From: the human T2T-CHM13v2.0 reference genome, Homo sapiens
Length of the DNA: 64,000 bases
Reading direction: 5' to 3' (one strand)
Assembly (NCBI RefSeq): GCF_009914755.1
Contig: NC_060933.1
This document shows, in pieces, positions 15,280-32,129 of this stretch (its first letter is position 1; each line of letters opens with the position of its first letter). Below the pieces are notes generated by a model. That model had not been told where the DNA came from. It did not search any database and was given only the letters and a program-made list of their open reading frames with translations. Made by a program: the position numbers and the translations under genes.

Positions 15280-15660
15280 TCACAAGTGCATGATTTAAGA
15301 AAATCAATGTGACCTAATTCTGGCAAATGACGTAGAAGAGTATATTGGTGATTTTCTGAAAAAGGTGTGTTCTCTCGGAAAAGATACATACTAAATGAAT
15401 CAGCTCTTCTCTTCTGAAAGTTACTGCCTCTGGATGTAACACCCAGAACCACCACTAGCTTGAGCCAACATGTTAGGAAGGGAGGAGTCAGGATTATCAC
15501 AGAGAAGCAGAGCCAGAGGTCTGACCTTGCACATCTAGTACCTACCTCATTTCTGGAGCTCTGGGGTTTCTGCACTCAAGAGAAATACATGATATTTTTA
15601 TTAGTTAAGCCAGTTTCATCTGTATCTATTATCTGAAGCAGAAAGTGTCCTATTCTAATT
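15280..15660 (+). mobile_element. MLT1 (MLT1K/L-like) LTR
   Basis: atgtgacctaattctggcaaatga...gttaagccagtttc...gcagaaagtgtcctattctaat. Confidence 0.45.
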
Positions 15661-17399
15661 ATTTTAGAAATATTTTTAAAATTATATGAAAACCAAAATG
15701 TACCCATTAGGTACATAAAAATGTAAATACCACAAACGAAAATAATAAAATGGCAGAAAGATGCATAATAATGCATTTCCAACCACTGCAAGCAATCAAA
15801 GAAATAATATCATAGGGGCATAATCTCACTTTGGTTTTTAAAAAAGTGATGTGATATTTAATATATGTATAAGGCTTCAGGGAAACTGAATAATTAAATG
15901 TAATTTAAAAGCAGTTTAAACTAGAAGTTCATGAAAAATAAATTTGCAATAGATATTAGGCTTCTTAAAATGGCTATAAACCTTAAACCCAATAATTAAA
16001 ATTACATATATTTTATTCTAGGAAAATAATTGCAAAATAATGTAATATCCCTACGATGAGAATCCTTGTATTTTTTTAATAATGAGAAAGCAAGTAGGTA
16101 TACCATTATTAGACAACAATGATGAATGACTAATTAAAAAGATGTTCTTAAACTAAAGTAATTGTTTCCCACGTAAAGCTCAGTAATATGAAACACATGG
16201 AATACTTGTTATAGGTACAAATTTCTGGCCTCATTTCAAACTTACTGAATCCAAACTTCCTGGGATGCTATCAAGAATCAACATAATTGTTGTGTACATT
16301 TCTTTTAAAATTTTTTTTAAATTACAATTTTATGTTAATACTTTTCTTAAAGAAGGTAATGACTGTAAACAGTATTACAAAACTATTCCACACATATAGA
16401 ATTTACTGCAATTAGATTTGGTCATAAGAGTCTTTTCATATATACACTAAGTCTTACTCAGTATAGAACACTTAACAAGTATTTGTACTCAATACAGTAC
16501 ACTTAATAAGTTTTAATCAATACAAAACACAGGGCTCTGATCCACAGACCTCAGGAATAAACATAAATAACTTTCAGATGGAAAAAAGTATTTAAGAAGA
16601 CATATCAATATATTCTAAGAAAAGTAAGTATCTAGTAAAATGTTAATCTATTATGAAATAATATAATAGTAGTTGCAAACTTGAAGCATTTATCTACCAC
16701 AAGCCATAAAAGTGCTGTGGTTTTGATAAACTAGAAAATAAAATGTTTACTACTTTTTGGATTATCTTAAATTATAAGACACTGCAGAAAGTACCAATAC
16801 TTGTACTTATATCTCAAAAAAAAAATCTTGAAATGAGTTGTGTTGATTTTCTACTGTGAAGTTGGATTTTATCAAGAATTAATCAATCAAGAAATCATTA
16901 TTTCAATCAGTTTATAGTAATTGAGTTATAATCCTTTTCTGGGTCTGTTAACCGATGGATGGGTTTGTCTTGCCATCACTTCTTACTAATATCTATTGTC
17001 AAGTTATCATTCATTCGTTTTAAGATGATGATACTTCAAAGAAAATAGCACAAATGAATAACAGAAATATCCTCATGTTAAATTTCCATGACATCAGAAA
17101 TTACTTTAGAAAAATAAAAATGTTAAAAATAAGCTACTGTTATTACAAACTGAATATTACTGGTATATTTTAATTTCTAAAATCCAGCCAGTACTCCTTT
17201 AAAATTTATTTGAAAATTAAAAAGACATAGTAAAATGCATTACACTTATACATGTCTATTATTTTAAAATATCTGGGAAAGTAACAAGTATATATATTTT
17301 AATCTCAAAATCACAAAAGGAAGTTGACGGATGCTAAATTAAGTAGGAAAAGAAGAAGAAGGGGAGAAGGAAGAAGTCACTGCTACCAGTATTTATAAT

Positions 17400-17590
17400 T
17401 TTCTTGCTGTTTGCTAGGTTCTGTTTTAAACACTCTGTGTTTAATCTTGAGTATAAACTTATGCAGTGGTACTGTTAGTATAACCTTTTTATAGATGAGA
17501 AATTGAGGTGATAGTGGGTTAGGTAATTTGCCCATGGTCCTATAGTGGAGGCAAGATACAAAGTCACACAGCCTAGGACTCCAGAGCACA
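17400..17590 (-). mobile_element. MIR SINE
   Basis: tttatagatgagaaattgagg...ggttaggtaatttgcccatggtc...gactccagagc. Confidence 0.7.
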
Positions 17591-18527
17591 CACTTACCTC
17601 TGCTGTATTATGGTTTCAGTATGATAGAGTTTAACAGACCTGGATTTTAATAAGAAGTCTACAAACTCCCATTCAGTGTGAAAATTATTTAAAATTACTT
17701 GACTTTATACTCCAATCTATAAAATTCAAATAATATTAATATTAGTGAAGAAATACATAGCTTTCTTCTCCCCCACCCTTTATTTCTTTCACCTGAATTT
17801 AAGTGAGGACTACAATAATTTCAAAGACCAGCACAGTGACAACTTACTTCCTCATATTTACTATTCTCATAAGAACCAAGGTAAAGGGTTATATCAAGAA
17901 TGCCTGAGACTAAAGTATAATACTTGCTCAGCACTTTACAATTGTAGTATTTTCACAGAGAGTGGGGACAGATAATATTATGTACATTTGCCAATTAAAA
18001 AATTAGGCTAAAAATATTAAATGACTTGTACAAGGTTGCATTGATTAAAAGCTATATTTTAATCCTTGCTTTGGTTTAAGCTTTATAATTATAGGCAACT
18101 CCATTGCTTCATCTTTGAAATGATCAATTGGTATCATATACTGCACAAAGTTTCTATGAACAGAAGATTGAGGCATATGAAAATTTTTGAAAGGTGAAAA
18201 ATTACTAATACAAACATCCTAATCAACCTAATCTTGTTTATATGACAGCAAATAGATACTATATTTTAAATGCATATTTCAAGACATAATAATAACAAAT
18301 GTTACATAATAAAACACTACGTAATAAATATCAGAATTGCTTCCCATGAAGTCTCAAGAACCACAAATTAAGAAATTACTAGTACTATCAAAACATTATA
18401 ACTACTGGTCAGCTACCATCAGCTGGTTAATTTCTTGCTAGGTAGAGAGGAATTATGTATTCTAGGAGCTATTAAATTTCAATATTGATGTTGATTAATT
18501 TTTTTGAGACTGTAATCGTTGTCTCTT

Positions 18528-19346
18528 TGATACAAACAGGAGGCAGGTAAACCCTAGGCAGAAAAGGATGGGGTCCCTGCAAAGCCCCACCCTCAAGCCT
18601 GAACCCACAGCCCAAAGTGAGAACATGCATTCCTATCTTTCTGCCTGAATGTTGCCTTTTCCAAAACCACCCTGGCCCATCTTGCCCTGGCTATTCCTGT
18701 ACCCATAAAAACCCTATGCTCCACCAGTGGAGTGGCAGAGCAGCAGAGTGGCAGAGAAGGAGAGAAAAGAAGCAGTCAGACATCTGAAGTAGCAGCATGA
18801 CTTCAGAGGGATGGCTTGACAGTGGGACCTTGGAGAAGAGTTCAGCCGGGGACTGCTGAACTCCAGGGGAAAACCACCTTCCCCCTTCATCCCCTTTTCA
18901 GCTCCCCATTCCACTAAGGGCCACTTCCATCACTTGATAAAATTCTCCACATTCACCACCCTTCAATTTGTTCACATGACCTGATTTTTCCTGGATGCCA
19001 AACAAGAACTAGGGTACCAAGAGGGTGGGTCCAAAAGGCTGTCACACTGTTCCTCCACTGAGCTGTTTAACATTTAAGCTGTCTGTGAAAGGCAAAGCTA
19101 AAGGAGCACACTATAACACATGTCCTCTGGGGCTCTGAGGGTCATAGGCAACCTCTAGATGCTGCTGCAAGCCGCATAGAGTTCTGCTTCTGCTGGTTGC
19201 CCAGAAGGGCTTGTCCTGGCCCCTGAACCCATTCACCTGCATGCTCCCCCTCCCATGAGGAGTTGAGAGCTATGAGCTGAGTAAAGGAGCCAGAGCCAAA
19301 CCCTGTGTGAGTCCCGTGAAAGGGTCAAGGTTACTATCCCACTTCA
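18528..19346 (+). mobile_element. Solo ERV1 LTR1-family LTR
   Basis: TGATAC...TTCA termini, 4-bp TSD tctt/cctt, LTR1-type start tgatacaaacaggaggcagg...gccccaccctcaagcctg. Poly(A) signal mutated to gataaa. Confidence 0.88.
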
Positions 19347-20234
19347 CCTTCTGTGTATTCATATTTGAATGCTGGAGGAAATAGTTTCAGCTTATTTAAA
19401 TAATCTTAACTCTAATAATGTCCTTCATTGAAATTATGACTTCCACGTGTTTATCTTTTTATCAAACCCTACGGTAATGTTTTGGAAATATCCCCAAAAC
19501 TTTTAGAAATAAACTTCAGTGTTTTTAACTGAAAAGTCTCTTTTAGCATTTTGTTAAAAGTTAAAACATGAAATACTTTGTGTTGACAAGTAGTAAAGAA
19601 TGATTTGCCTGTCATTTGAAATGGTTCAGCTATAAAGTACTGACATATGAAACTTACAACAGAAAATTCAGAATGACCTTACCCTCAAATGATAAAAATG
19701 GGAAACTTTGTAATAAATTTCTCTTAAGTATTTCCTTAACAACGTACTTCAGTGTTCCAGCTCTATAGAGCTCCTCATAATACACTGGATTAAATCAAGT
19801 TAACTCTCACGGACTCTTGAAATGGCTTAGTATCACCTTCTTCCAGCTAGGTGAAGGTTAAACAGAGGTCGAATACTTCATACTAGATGAAATAACACAG
19901 AAAAAATCATCTCCCCCTGATATATTCATCTTCAAATTCAATCTTCTTCTACCTCGTTTCTACTCAATTATCAGTCCTAATTCTTCTTTCTTCTCAGCCT
20001 CTGAAGAAGCCCACCCTTCTTCCCTTCCTTCTGCAATGTTCAGTAAAACAGATCTTCATTAACAAATGTGTGACTACTGCAATAACAACTAAATGATTTA
20101 TGTTCAACCTCATATTTTAGTCCTTTATATAGTCTAGTGCTAGATCACTTTTTAAGCATAGTCTTTTCCCCCCAAATATTTTTATGCTTAAAATTTTACA
20201 ATGTCTCCTTTAAAAATATTCATTAAGGTACTTA

Positions 20235-20720
20235 GTCAAAAATAATTATTGAACATATCAGTGTACTAGATAATATGTTAAACAATGAACAGTGAGCAAA
20301 ATAAGCACAGTTTCTCCATTCGTGTATTATATAGTCTGAGTGAGATATAGAGGGGAGTTTAGGGGATGGAAAAAGAAGCAAACAGAAAAATTAAAAATTA
20401 TAACTAGTATCATGAAGGAAAAAGATGTTAAAATGCAGAATAATAGAAGCTATTCTACTTTACATAGGCTATTTTCAAATCTGTTCTATGCAAAAAAGAA
20501 GACCTTTAAACTGAGATCTGAATAGGAAGAAATGAGCTGAGAATCTACAAATGAAAGTGGTTGGAAAAGATCTTGGAAACCAAAAGGAAAACAATGTCAG
20601 CAGGTCATCTATAAAGGGAAAGTGAAATGAAATAAGACTGCATATACAGAGAGGGTTAGAAAATACAGGCCTTTGTAGAACATATACTAAGTTTTAGATT
20701 ATATTCTAGCCATAATTAAC
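20235..20720 (-). mobile_element. L2 LINE remnant
   Basis: aataattattgaaca...aacagtgagcaaaataagcacagtttct...gacctttaaactgagatctgaa. Confidence 0.5.
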
Positions 20721-20805
20721 ATAACTGCTTATTGTAGAATTTAAAACATAAAACATTTAAAATATTGCCACAATCCCATTTTATGCCTTTTTACTCCCTT
20801 GCTTT

Positions 20806-21274
20806 TGAAACTCAGCCAATAGCCCCATAAACTGTTCTTTAGGATAAAGATAGAAATTGGTCTTTCTAGTCTTAAAGCTTGAAACTTGTATTTGTTTTAT
20901 CTGAATTCCTTCCTCAGGAAAGGACCTTCAAACTCTCAAAAAAAAAAAAAAAATGTACCAAAGAACAGAAACTCACCAGAACACCACATCCAGACAATGA
21001 GACTTTGGACTCCTCATTATGATTGCTTTCTTTCCCCTCCCTAATTCTTGTTTTCTTACACATTGTTACACTTCTTCCCTGATGTATAAACCTCTGCTTT
21101 TATTCAGTCAGTGAGATGGATTTGAGACTGAGTTCCCATCTCCTTGGCTGCAGCACCCGATTAAAGCCTTCTTCCTTGGCAATACTTGTCTCCTTGGCAA
21201 TACTTCTCTCAGTGATTGACTATCTGTGCAGCCAGCAGCAGGACCTAGACTGAACCCCTGGTGTTTTGGTAACA
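20806..21274 (+). mobile_element. Solo ERV1 LTR, MER66-like
   Basis: TGAAAC...GGTAACA termini with perfect 4-bp TSD cttt; gctgcagcacccgattaaagccttc; expanded internal A-run at ~20938-20953. Confidence 0.82.
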
Positions 21275-22100
21275 CTTTCTAGGCAATCTGGTCTGCTTTC
21301 TGTTACTCAGTAAGACTTTTGCTTTTTCTTCCCTAAATTTTTGCTTACATACTTTCCTCTACTTATAACTTTGTTACCTTAATTCTGCCTACCAACAGCT
21401 ACACCATTCTTCAAAGCCTGGAGCAAATTTTACTCGCTCTGTGAAGCACCCCTAAATATTCTAGCCAGAGCATCTTTCTCTCTCGCCCCCTCACACACAC
21501 TCTCCTCTCTCCCTACCCTCCTCACATTCAAAGACTTTTAAAACTTTATTTATATAACACATAATAAGAAACTACATTTTCATAGAGTTTTAGAATTTAT
21601 AAACTGATTCATATATATGCCCTAACTATGCAATCTATTAGTCGGGTTCTAGAGATAAAAAACCAAAGGGCATATGAGTTAAGGGGACTGCTTAAGTATG
21701 CTCAGCTATGAAGTAGTGAGGTTCTAATTCAATTCCAGATGCTTTAATGATGAAACTCTTATTTTTAATAGCTGCAGTGTGTGCCCAACACTTCTGCTTT
21801 TCATTTTAATTATCTGTGCGCCTAACCTTTGTTCTGTTTAGGCAGACCCTTAAGATGTGAAACCAAATCGTATTTGTTGCTTTTTTCTTTCTCTCAATGT
21901 TTAGCAAAGTATCTGTCATGTAGTGGGCACTCAAATATTTGCTTAAGTTAATAGGATCATTCCTCATCAATGTAACAGGTCCCAAACTATATCAAAGAGA
22001 AATATTTTTATTCCTTTCACAACATCAATGATATATGCAGAAATCATTTATTTTCTCCCTAGTCAGATCCATTACTTAACCCATTTTTCCCCATAAGAAT

Positions 22101-22318
22101 TGGGTACATATGGACACAAAGAAAGAAATAACAGATGCAGGGGACTTCTTGAGGGTGGGGGGTGAAAGGAGGGTGAGAATTGAAAAACTACCTATCAGGT
22201 ATTACGCTTCTTACCTCAGTGATGAAATAATTTGTACACCCCAAACCCTTACAACAGGTAATTCATCTATATAGCAAACCAGCCCATGTACCCCCTGAAC
22301 CAAGATAAAAGATAAAAA
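22101..22318 (+). mobile_element. Short L1 3'UTR fragment (L1PA15/16-like)
   Basis: ggacacaaagaaagaaataacaga...gaaaaactacctatcagg...catgtaccccctgaacc plus A-rich tail. Confidence 0.75.
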
Positions 22319-23971
22319 GAATGTCATTAGTATCTTCAAGCTTTTGAGCTACTTTGTTTACTCTTTACTTAAATGGCCTCTTTCTTCATAAGGAAAATAA
22401 AGGCAACTAATTATGACCTCAGTCAGCTGATCAACCACATTTAGAAATGTGCCTGCACCTAAATATATTGTTAATTCCTTTGCTTATGTCTCAGAAGTTC
22501 TTTCTCTCCTCTAGTCCAAAGACAGTCACTCCACAAGTGCACTGGATGTCACCATATCCTCTCATCTGTCCCATGATCTTGCTTCATCAATTTTACCAAC
22601 TCTCACAAATATATCCAGCCCCCATATCTCTACTTTCTTATGTTCTACTTAAGTTAATGACCAATATAATCACATACTAAAAGAACTTTCTCCAAATTAC
22701 CTTGTGTTGAACTAAAATTGAATTCTTTGACTAACATTACTTATACTGTGCTATTTTTCTTCTTGGGGTAGATTCCTCTAAATTATGACTTTATTGCTTT
22801 AATAATTTTTGTTCTTAATGACTTTGGATATTGTCTAAAAATATAGTTAGCCACAGTGTCAGATGGCTGCTGACTATTCCAGGTCAATAAAGCCAAGGTT
22901 AAAGGAGCCAAAATAATCTTAGTAAAGTCGGGCATGATCAACACTAATAAAGTTAACTGGAAAAAAAATGACAGAATCAAAACGCAGTCAGCCCAGATTG
23001 CTGGAGGTCCTAGGGCTATGAAAGTGATGGATAGCATCACAGATTGGAAAAGACATAAATCCTTCATGTGCATCACTAGTGATCCATGAACCTGAAGTGT
23101 TACATGTTGTAAACCAATTCGATGTTTAAAAGATTTTATTATTTTAAGAAATTTATCATATATTGCTTAAATTAGGAAACTAATTTAACAAAATGTTCCT
23201 TTGTGATTTACCCAAATAAAAAAGGTACATATTTTTGAGACATAAGTACATGGATACATAAATTTAATCATCTATGTACAATTTCTGGCATAATTTTCAG
23301 GTCAGTTTAATCTGTAGCTCTTAACAAAGGTGACATTCTATAATTTTCCTTCCATGGTCTTCTGGAGATCTTTTTTTCTCTATTTAAATTATCTTGTTTA
23401 GATATAAAAATCATGTCCATATGTAACATTGGAAAATACACAATATGTTAAAGGCAAAACAATCATAAAGGCAAACAATCATCACCCTAAAATAATATCA
23501 TTACCATAGGGCTCTGAATCACTTTTTCTTGTTTTAAGCATCTTTCTATAAACACTAAAGCTCATCCCATTACAAATTTTGCATTTTTTACCTAAACTAA
23601 ACATTTTACATGATATTACAAATTCTCCATAAGCATAATTTTCAATAACACATTTGCCTAAGTTCCTTAATATATTCCATAACAACTATTGCATCAATAC
23701 TCATTTAAAATGTATCTAATGGGGCTTGTAAAATAATAAATGCTGCACTGTAAAATATGAAGTTTTATGCTACATTTAATATTATTTTCTTACTATTAAT
23801 TCCCAGACATAGGAGTAGGAAGTCCAAGTAAAATATGTTTGGCCATTTTAACTTTTGATGCATTGCTTTTCTTTCGTCTCGAGGAAAAACTCATCATAGG
23901 TATATCAAAAAACCTAGATCTTTGTCATAACTGAATAATACTATTAACAAACAATCTTTACTTTTTAAATA

Positions 23972-25037
23972 CAGCCATGTATCACATGACATTTTGGTCA
24001 ATGACAGACTGCATATACAATAGTCTGCATATACAGCTTTGGTCCCCTAAGATTATAATGGGCTGAAAAATGTTCTATCTCCTAGTGAGATTGTAGCCAT
24101 TGCAAGGCCACAGTGCAATACATTAATAAGGTGTTTGTGGTGAAACTACTGTAAACATCCTACTGTTCTAACTTTTTATTGTTATACTTACAGTATACTC
24201 CATATATGTACATTTAACTGTAAAACAGCCTCAGGCTGGTCCTCCAGGAGGTATCCAGAAGAAGGCATTGTTAGGCATTGTTATCACAGGAGATAACAGC
24301 TCTATGTGTGTTATTGGCTCCTGAGGACCTTCCAATGGGAGAAGATGCAGAGGTGGAAAATAGAGATACTGTTGATTCTCATCCTGTGTAGGTTTAGGCT
24401 AAAGAATATATTTGTGTCTTAATTTTAACAGAAAGGGAAAAAATAGAAAAAAAAAGCTTATAAACTAGTGCTATAAAAATGTTTTGATACAGCTGTGCAA
24501 TGTGTTTGTGTTTTAAGTGACAAAAGAGTTACAAATTTAAGTTACAAAGTGAAAACGTTATAGCAATTTAAGTTTAATTTATTATTAAAAAGAAAATTTT
24601 TTAAATTTACTGTAGCGTAAGTGTAGGCTACGGTAGGCTAAGTGTAGTGTATAAAGTCTAGAATAGTGTCCAGTAATGCCAGGCATCCATTCACATTCAC
24701 TCACCATTCACTCTTTGGCTCACTCAGTGTAACTTCCATTCCTGCAAGCTTCATTCATGGTAAGCATCCTATACAGGTGTATCATTTTTTATCTTTCACA
24801 CAAGATATTTTTACTGTACTTTTTTCTATGTTTAAATACACAAATACTTAACATTGTGTTACAACTGCCTACCGTATTCAGTATAGTAACATGCTATACA
24901 GGTTTGCAGCCCAGGTTTGTAGTTGGCTGCATGATCTAGGTTTGCGTAAGTACACTCTATGATGATCACACAACGACAAAATCACCTAATAACACATTTC
25001 TCAGAACATACCTCCATGGTTAAACATTGCATGACTG
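23972..25037. mobile_element. Tigger3 (Tigger3b-like) TcMar DNA transposon, internally deleted
   Basis: Terminal inverted repeats cagccatg.../...catgactg flanked by TA dinucleotides (23970-23971, 25038-25039); ggtccc.taagattataat and catttctcagaac.ta motifs. Confidence 0.85.
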
Positions 25038-25439
25038 TATATTAAAAATACCACTTAATCGCTTATGGATTCTGTATTTGTTGATTGCTAAAATGGCTAG
25101 GAAATTGATAATTTCATTAATCACTGCAATTTCACATTGTGTTAATTTTGTTACAATTTTAGGAGCCCTCTTCAGGAGTCCTGGTCTCTAGAATGACTAG
25201 AATACTTTTGTTCACCAATAAGAACCTTTGGCATATCACAATGCTTTATAAATATGACAAATTTATCAATAAATATTTTGATTGATTTAAGCATGAATTG
25301 ATTAATAAATGTATGGATGAACGTAAATATCAGTCTGGTTGCCAAAAACATCAGAATTTTTATATAAAGTTCCACAAATGGCTGGCATGGAAACATTTAA
25401 AGTTAGTATCACGGGTGTATTTTTTCTAATAACATTTTC

Positions 25440-25949
25440 TTTTTTAATTTTTTTTTCAATTGACAAAAATTGTGTATCTTCATACACAACATGTTATTTT
25501 GAAATATACACACATTACATAATGGCTAAAACGAGCTCATTAACGTGCATTACTTCACATACTTTTCATTTTTTGTGTGATGGGAATACTGAAAATCTAC
25601 TTTCTTAGCAGTTTTCAAGAATATAATACATCTATGTGTACAATAAATCTTTTGAACTTATTCCTCCTAACTAAAATTTATTATTTCACTAATATCTCCC
25701 CATTCCTTCAGTTTCTCCAGCGCTTAGTAACTACCATTCTCCTTTCAATTAATGAGTCCAACTTTTTTAGATTTCACCTAAAAGTCAGATCATGTGGTAT
25801 TTGCCTTTCTGTGACTGGCTTATTTCATTTACATAATATCATCTGGGTTCATCCATTTTGTTGCAAATAACGAATTTCATTCTTTTTAAAGGTTGAATAG
25901 TATTCCATTGAGTATTCATACTACATTTAAAAAATTTATTCTACTGATT
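25440..25949 (-). mobile_element. Older L1MA 3'UTR (host of the L1PA3 insertion), left part
   Basis: ttgacaaaaattgtgtat...gagatcatgtggtatttgcctttctgtgactggcttatttc; continues seamlessly after the TSD at 32143. Confidence 0.85.
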
Positions 25950-26191
25950 TTGTTGTTGTGGTTGTTGTTGTTGTATTTTTTTTTTTATTATACTTTAAGT
26001 TTTAGGGTACATGTGCCCAATGTGCAGGTTAGTTACATATGTATACATGTGCCATGCTGGTGTGTTGCACCCATCAACTCGTCATTTAGCATTACGTATA
26101 TCTCCTAATGCTATCCCTCCCACCTCCCCCCACCCCACAACAGTCCCCAGAGTGTGATGTTCCCCTTCCTGTGTCCATGTGTTCTCATTGT

Positions 26192-30014
<3,823 letters not shown>

Positions 30015-30077
30015 TATGATGTTAGCTGGTGATTTTGCTCGTTAGTTGATGCAGTTTCTTCCTAGTCTCGATGGTCT

Positions 30078-31093
30078 TTACATTTTGGCATGATTTTGCA
30101 GCGGCTGGTACCGGTTGCTCCTTTCCATGTTTAGTGCTTCCTTCAGGAGCTCTTTTAGGGCAGGCCTGGTGGTGACAAAATCTCTCAGCATTTGCTTGTC
30201 TGTAAAGGATTTTATTTCTCCTTCACTTATGAAGCTTAGTTTGGCTGGATGTGAAATTCTTGGTTGAAAATTCTTTTCTTTAAGAATGTTGAATATTGGC
30301 CCCCACTCTCTTCTGGCTTGTAGAGTTTCTGCTGAGAGATCTGCTGTTAGTCTGATGGGCTTCCCTTTGTGGGTAACCCAACCTTTCTCTCTGGCTGCCC
30401 TTAACATTTTTTCCTTCATTTTAACTTTGGTGAATCTGACAATTATGTGTCTTGGAGTTGCTCTTCTCGAGGAGTATCTTTCTGGCATTCTCTGTATTTC
30501 CTGAATCTGAACGTTGGCCTGCCTTGCTAGATTGGGGAAGTTCTCCTGGATAATATCCTGCAGAGTGTTTTCCAACTTGGTTCCATTCTCCCCGTCACTT
30601 TCAGGTACACCAATCAGACGTAGATTTGGTCTTTTCACATAGTCCCATATTTCTTGGAGGCTTTGTTCATTTCTTTTTATTCTTTTTTCTCTAAACTTCC
30701 CTTCTTGCTTCATTTCATTCATTTCATCTTCCATCACTGATACCCTTTCTTCCAGTTGATCGCATCAGCTCCTGAGGCTTCTGCATTCTTCACGTAGTTC
30801 TTGAGCCTTGGTTTTCAGCTCCATCAGCTCCTTTAAGCACTTCTCTGTATTGGTTATTCTAGTTATACATTCGTTTAAATTTTTTTCAAAGTTTTCAACT
30901 TCTTTGCCTTTGGTTTGAATTTCCTCCTGTAGCTCAGAATAGTTTGATCGTCTGAAGCCTTCTTCTCTCAACTCGTCAAAGTCATTCTCTGTCCAGCTTT
31001 GTTCTGTTGCTGTTGAGGAGCTGCATTCCTTTGGAGGAGGAGAGGCGCTCTGATTTTAGAGTTTCCAGTTTTTCTGCTCTGTTTTTTCCCCAT
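30078..31093 (-). pseudogene. L1 ORF1p, disrupted
   Basis: ATG at 31093. Span is 1016 nt, with a -1 frameshift near 31050 and a CGA>TGA stop at 30765. The C-terminal part ...LKELLKEALNMERSNRYQPLQNHAKM is intact. Confidence 0.95.
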
Positions 31094-32129
31094 GTTTGTG
31101 GTTTTATCTACTTTTGGTTTTTGATGATGGTGATGTACAGATGGGTTTTTGGTGTAGATTTCCTTTCTGTTTGTTAGTTTTCCTTCTAACAGTCAGGACC
31201 CTCAGCTGCAGGTCTGTTGGAGTTTGTCGGAGGTCCACTCCAGACCCTGTTTGCCTGGGTATCAGCAGTGGTGTCTGCAGAACTGTGGATTTTCATGAAC
31301 CGCGAATGCTGCTGTCTGATCATTCCTCTGGAAGTTTTGTCTCAGAGGAGTACCCAGCCGTGTGAGGTGTCAGTCTGCCCCTACTGAGGGGTGCCTCCCA
31401 GTTAGGCTGCTCGGGTGTCAGGGGTCAGGGACCCACTTGAGGAGGCAGTCTGCCCATTCTCAGATCCCCAACTGCGTGCTGGGAAAAACACTGCTCTCTT
31501 CAAAGCTGTCAGACAGGGACAATTAAGTCTGCAGAGGTTACTGCTGTCCTTTTTTTGTCTGTGCCCTGCCCCCCAGAGGTGGAGCCTACAGAGGCAGGCA
31601 GGCCTCCTTGAGCTGTGGTGGGCTCCACCCAGTTCGAGCTTCCTGGCTGCTTTGTTTACCTAACCGAGCCTGGGCAATGGTAGGCACCCCTCCCCCAGCC
31701 TCGCTGCCACCTTGCAGTTTGATCTCAGACTGCTGTGCTAGCAATCAGCGAGACTCTGTGGGCGTAGGACCCTCCAAGCCAGGTGCGGGATATAATCTCC
31801 TGGTGCACTGTTTCGTAAGCCCGTCGGAAAAGCGCAGTGTTCGGGTTGGAGTGACCCGATTTTCCAGGTGCCGTCTGTCACCCCTTTCCTTGACCAGGAA
31901 AGGGAACTCCCTGACCCCTTGCGCTTCCCGAGTGAGGCAATGCCTCGCCCTGCTTCAGCTGGTGCACTGTGCGCTGCACCCACTGTCCTGCACCCACTGT
32001 CTGGCACTCCCTAGTGAGATGAACCTGGTACCTCAGATGGAAATGCAGAAATCACCCGTCTTCTGCGTTGCTCATGCTGGGAGCTGTAGACTGGAGCTGT
32101 TCCTATTCGGCCATCGTGGCTCCTCCTCC
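31094..32129 (-). promoter_or_regulatory. L1 5'UTR: internal sense promoter (minus) and antisense promoter (plus)
   Basis: CpG/GC-rich L1PA 5'UTR. YY1 site near 32109-32120 is mutated. Activity cannot be shown from sequence. Confidence 0.8.

Noticed and set aside
16140-16280. Possible MER5A fragment
   Set aside because: Too short and diverged to call without an alignment.
22860-23089. Faint resemblance of plus-strand peptides to PDZ- or MYND-type motifs
   Set aside because: Only a few residues in different frames; no poly(A) tail or TSD to support a retrocopy.
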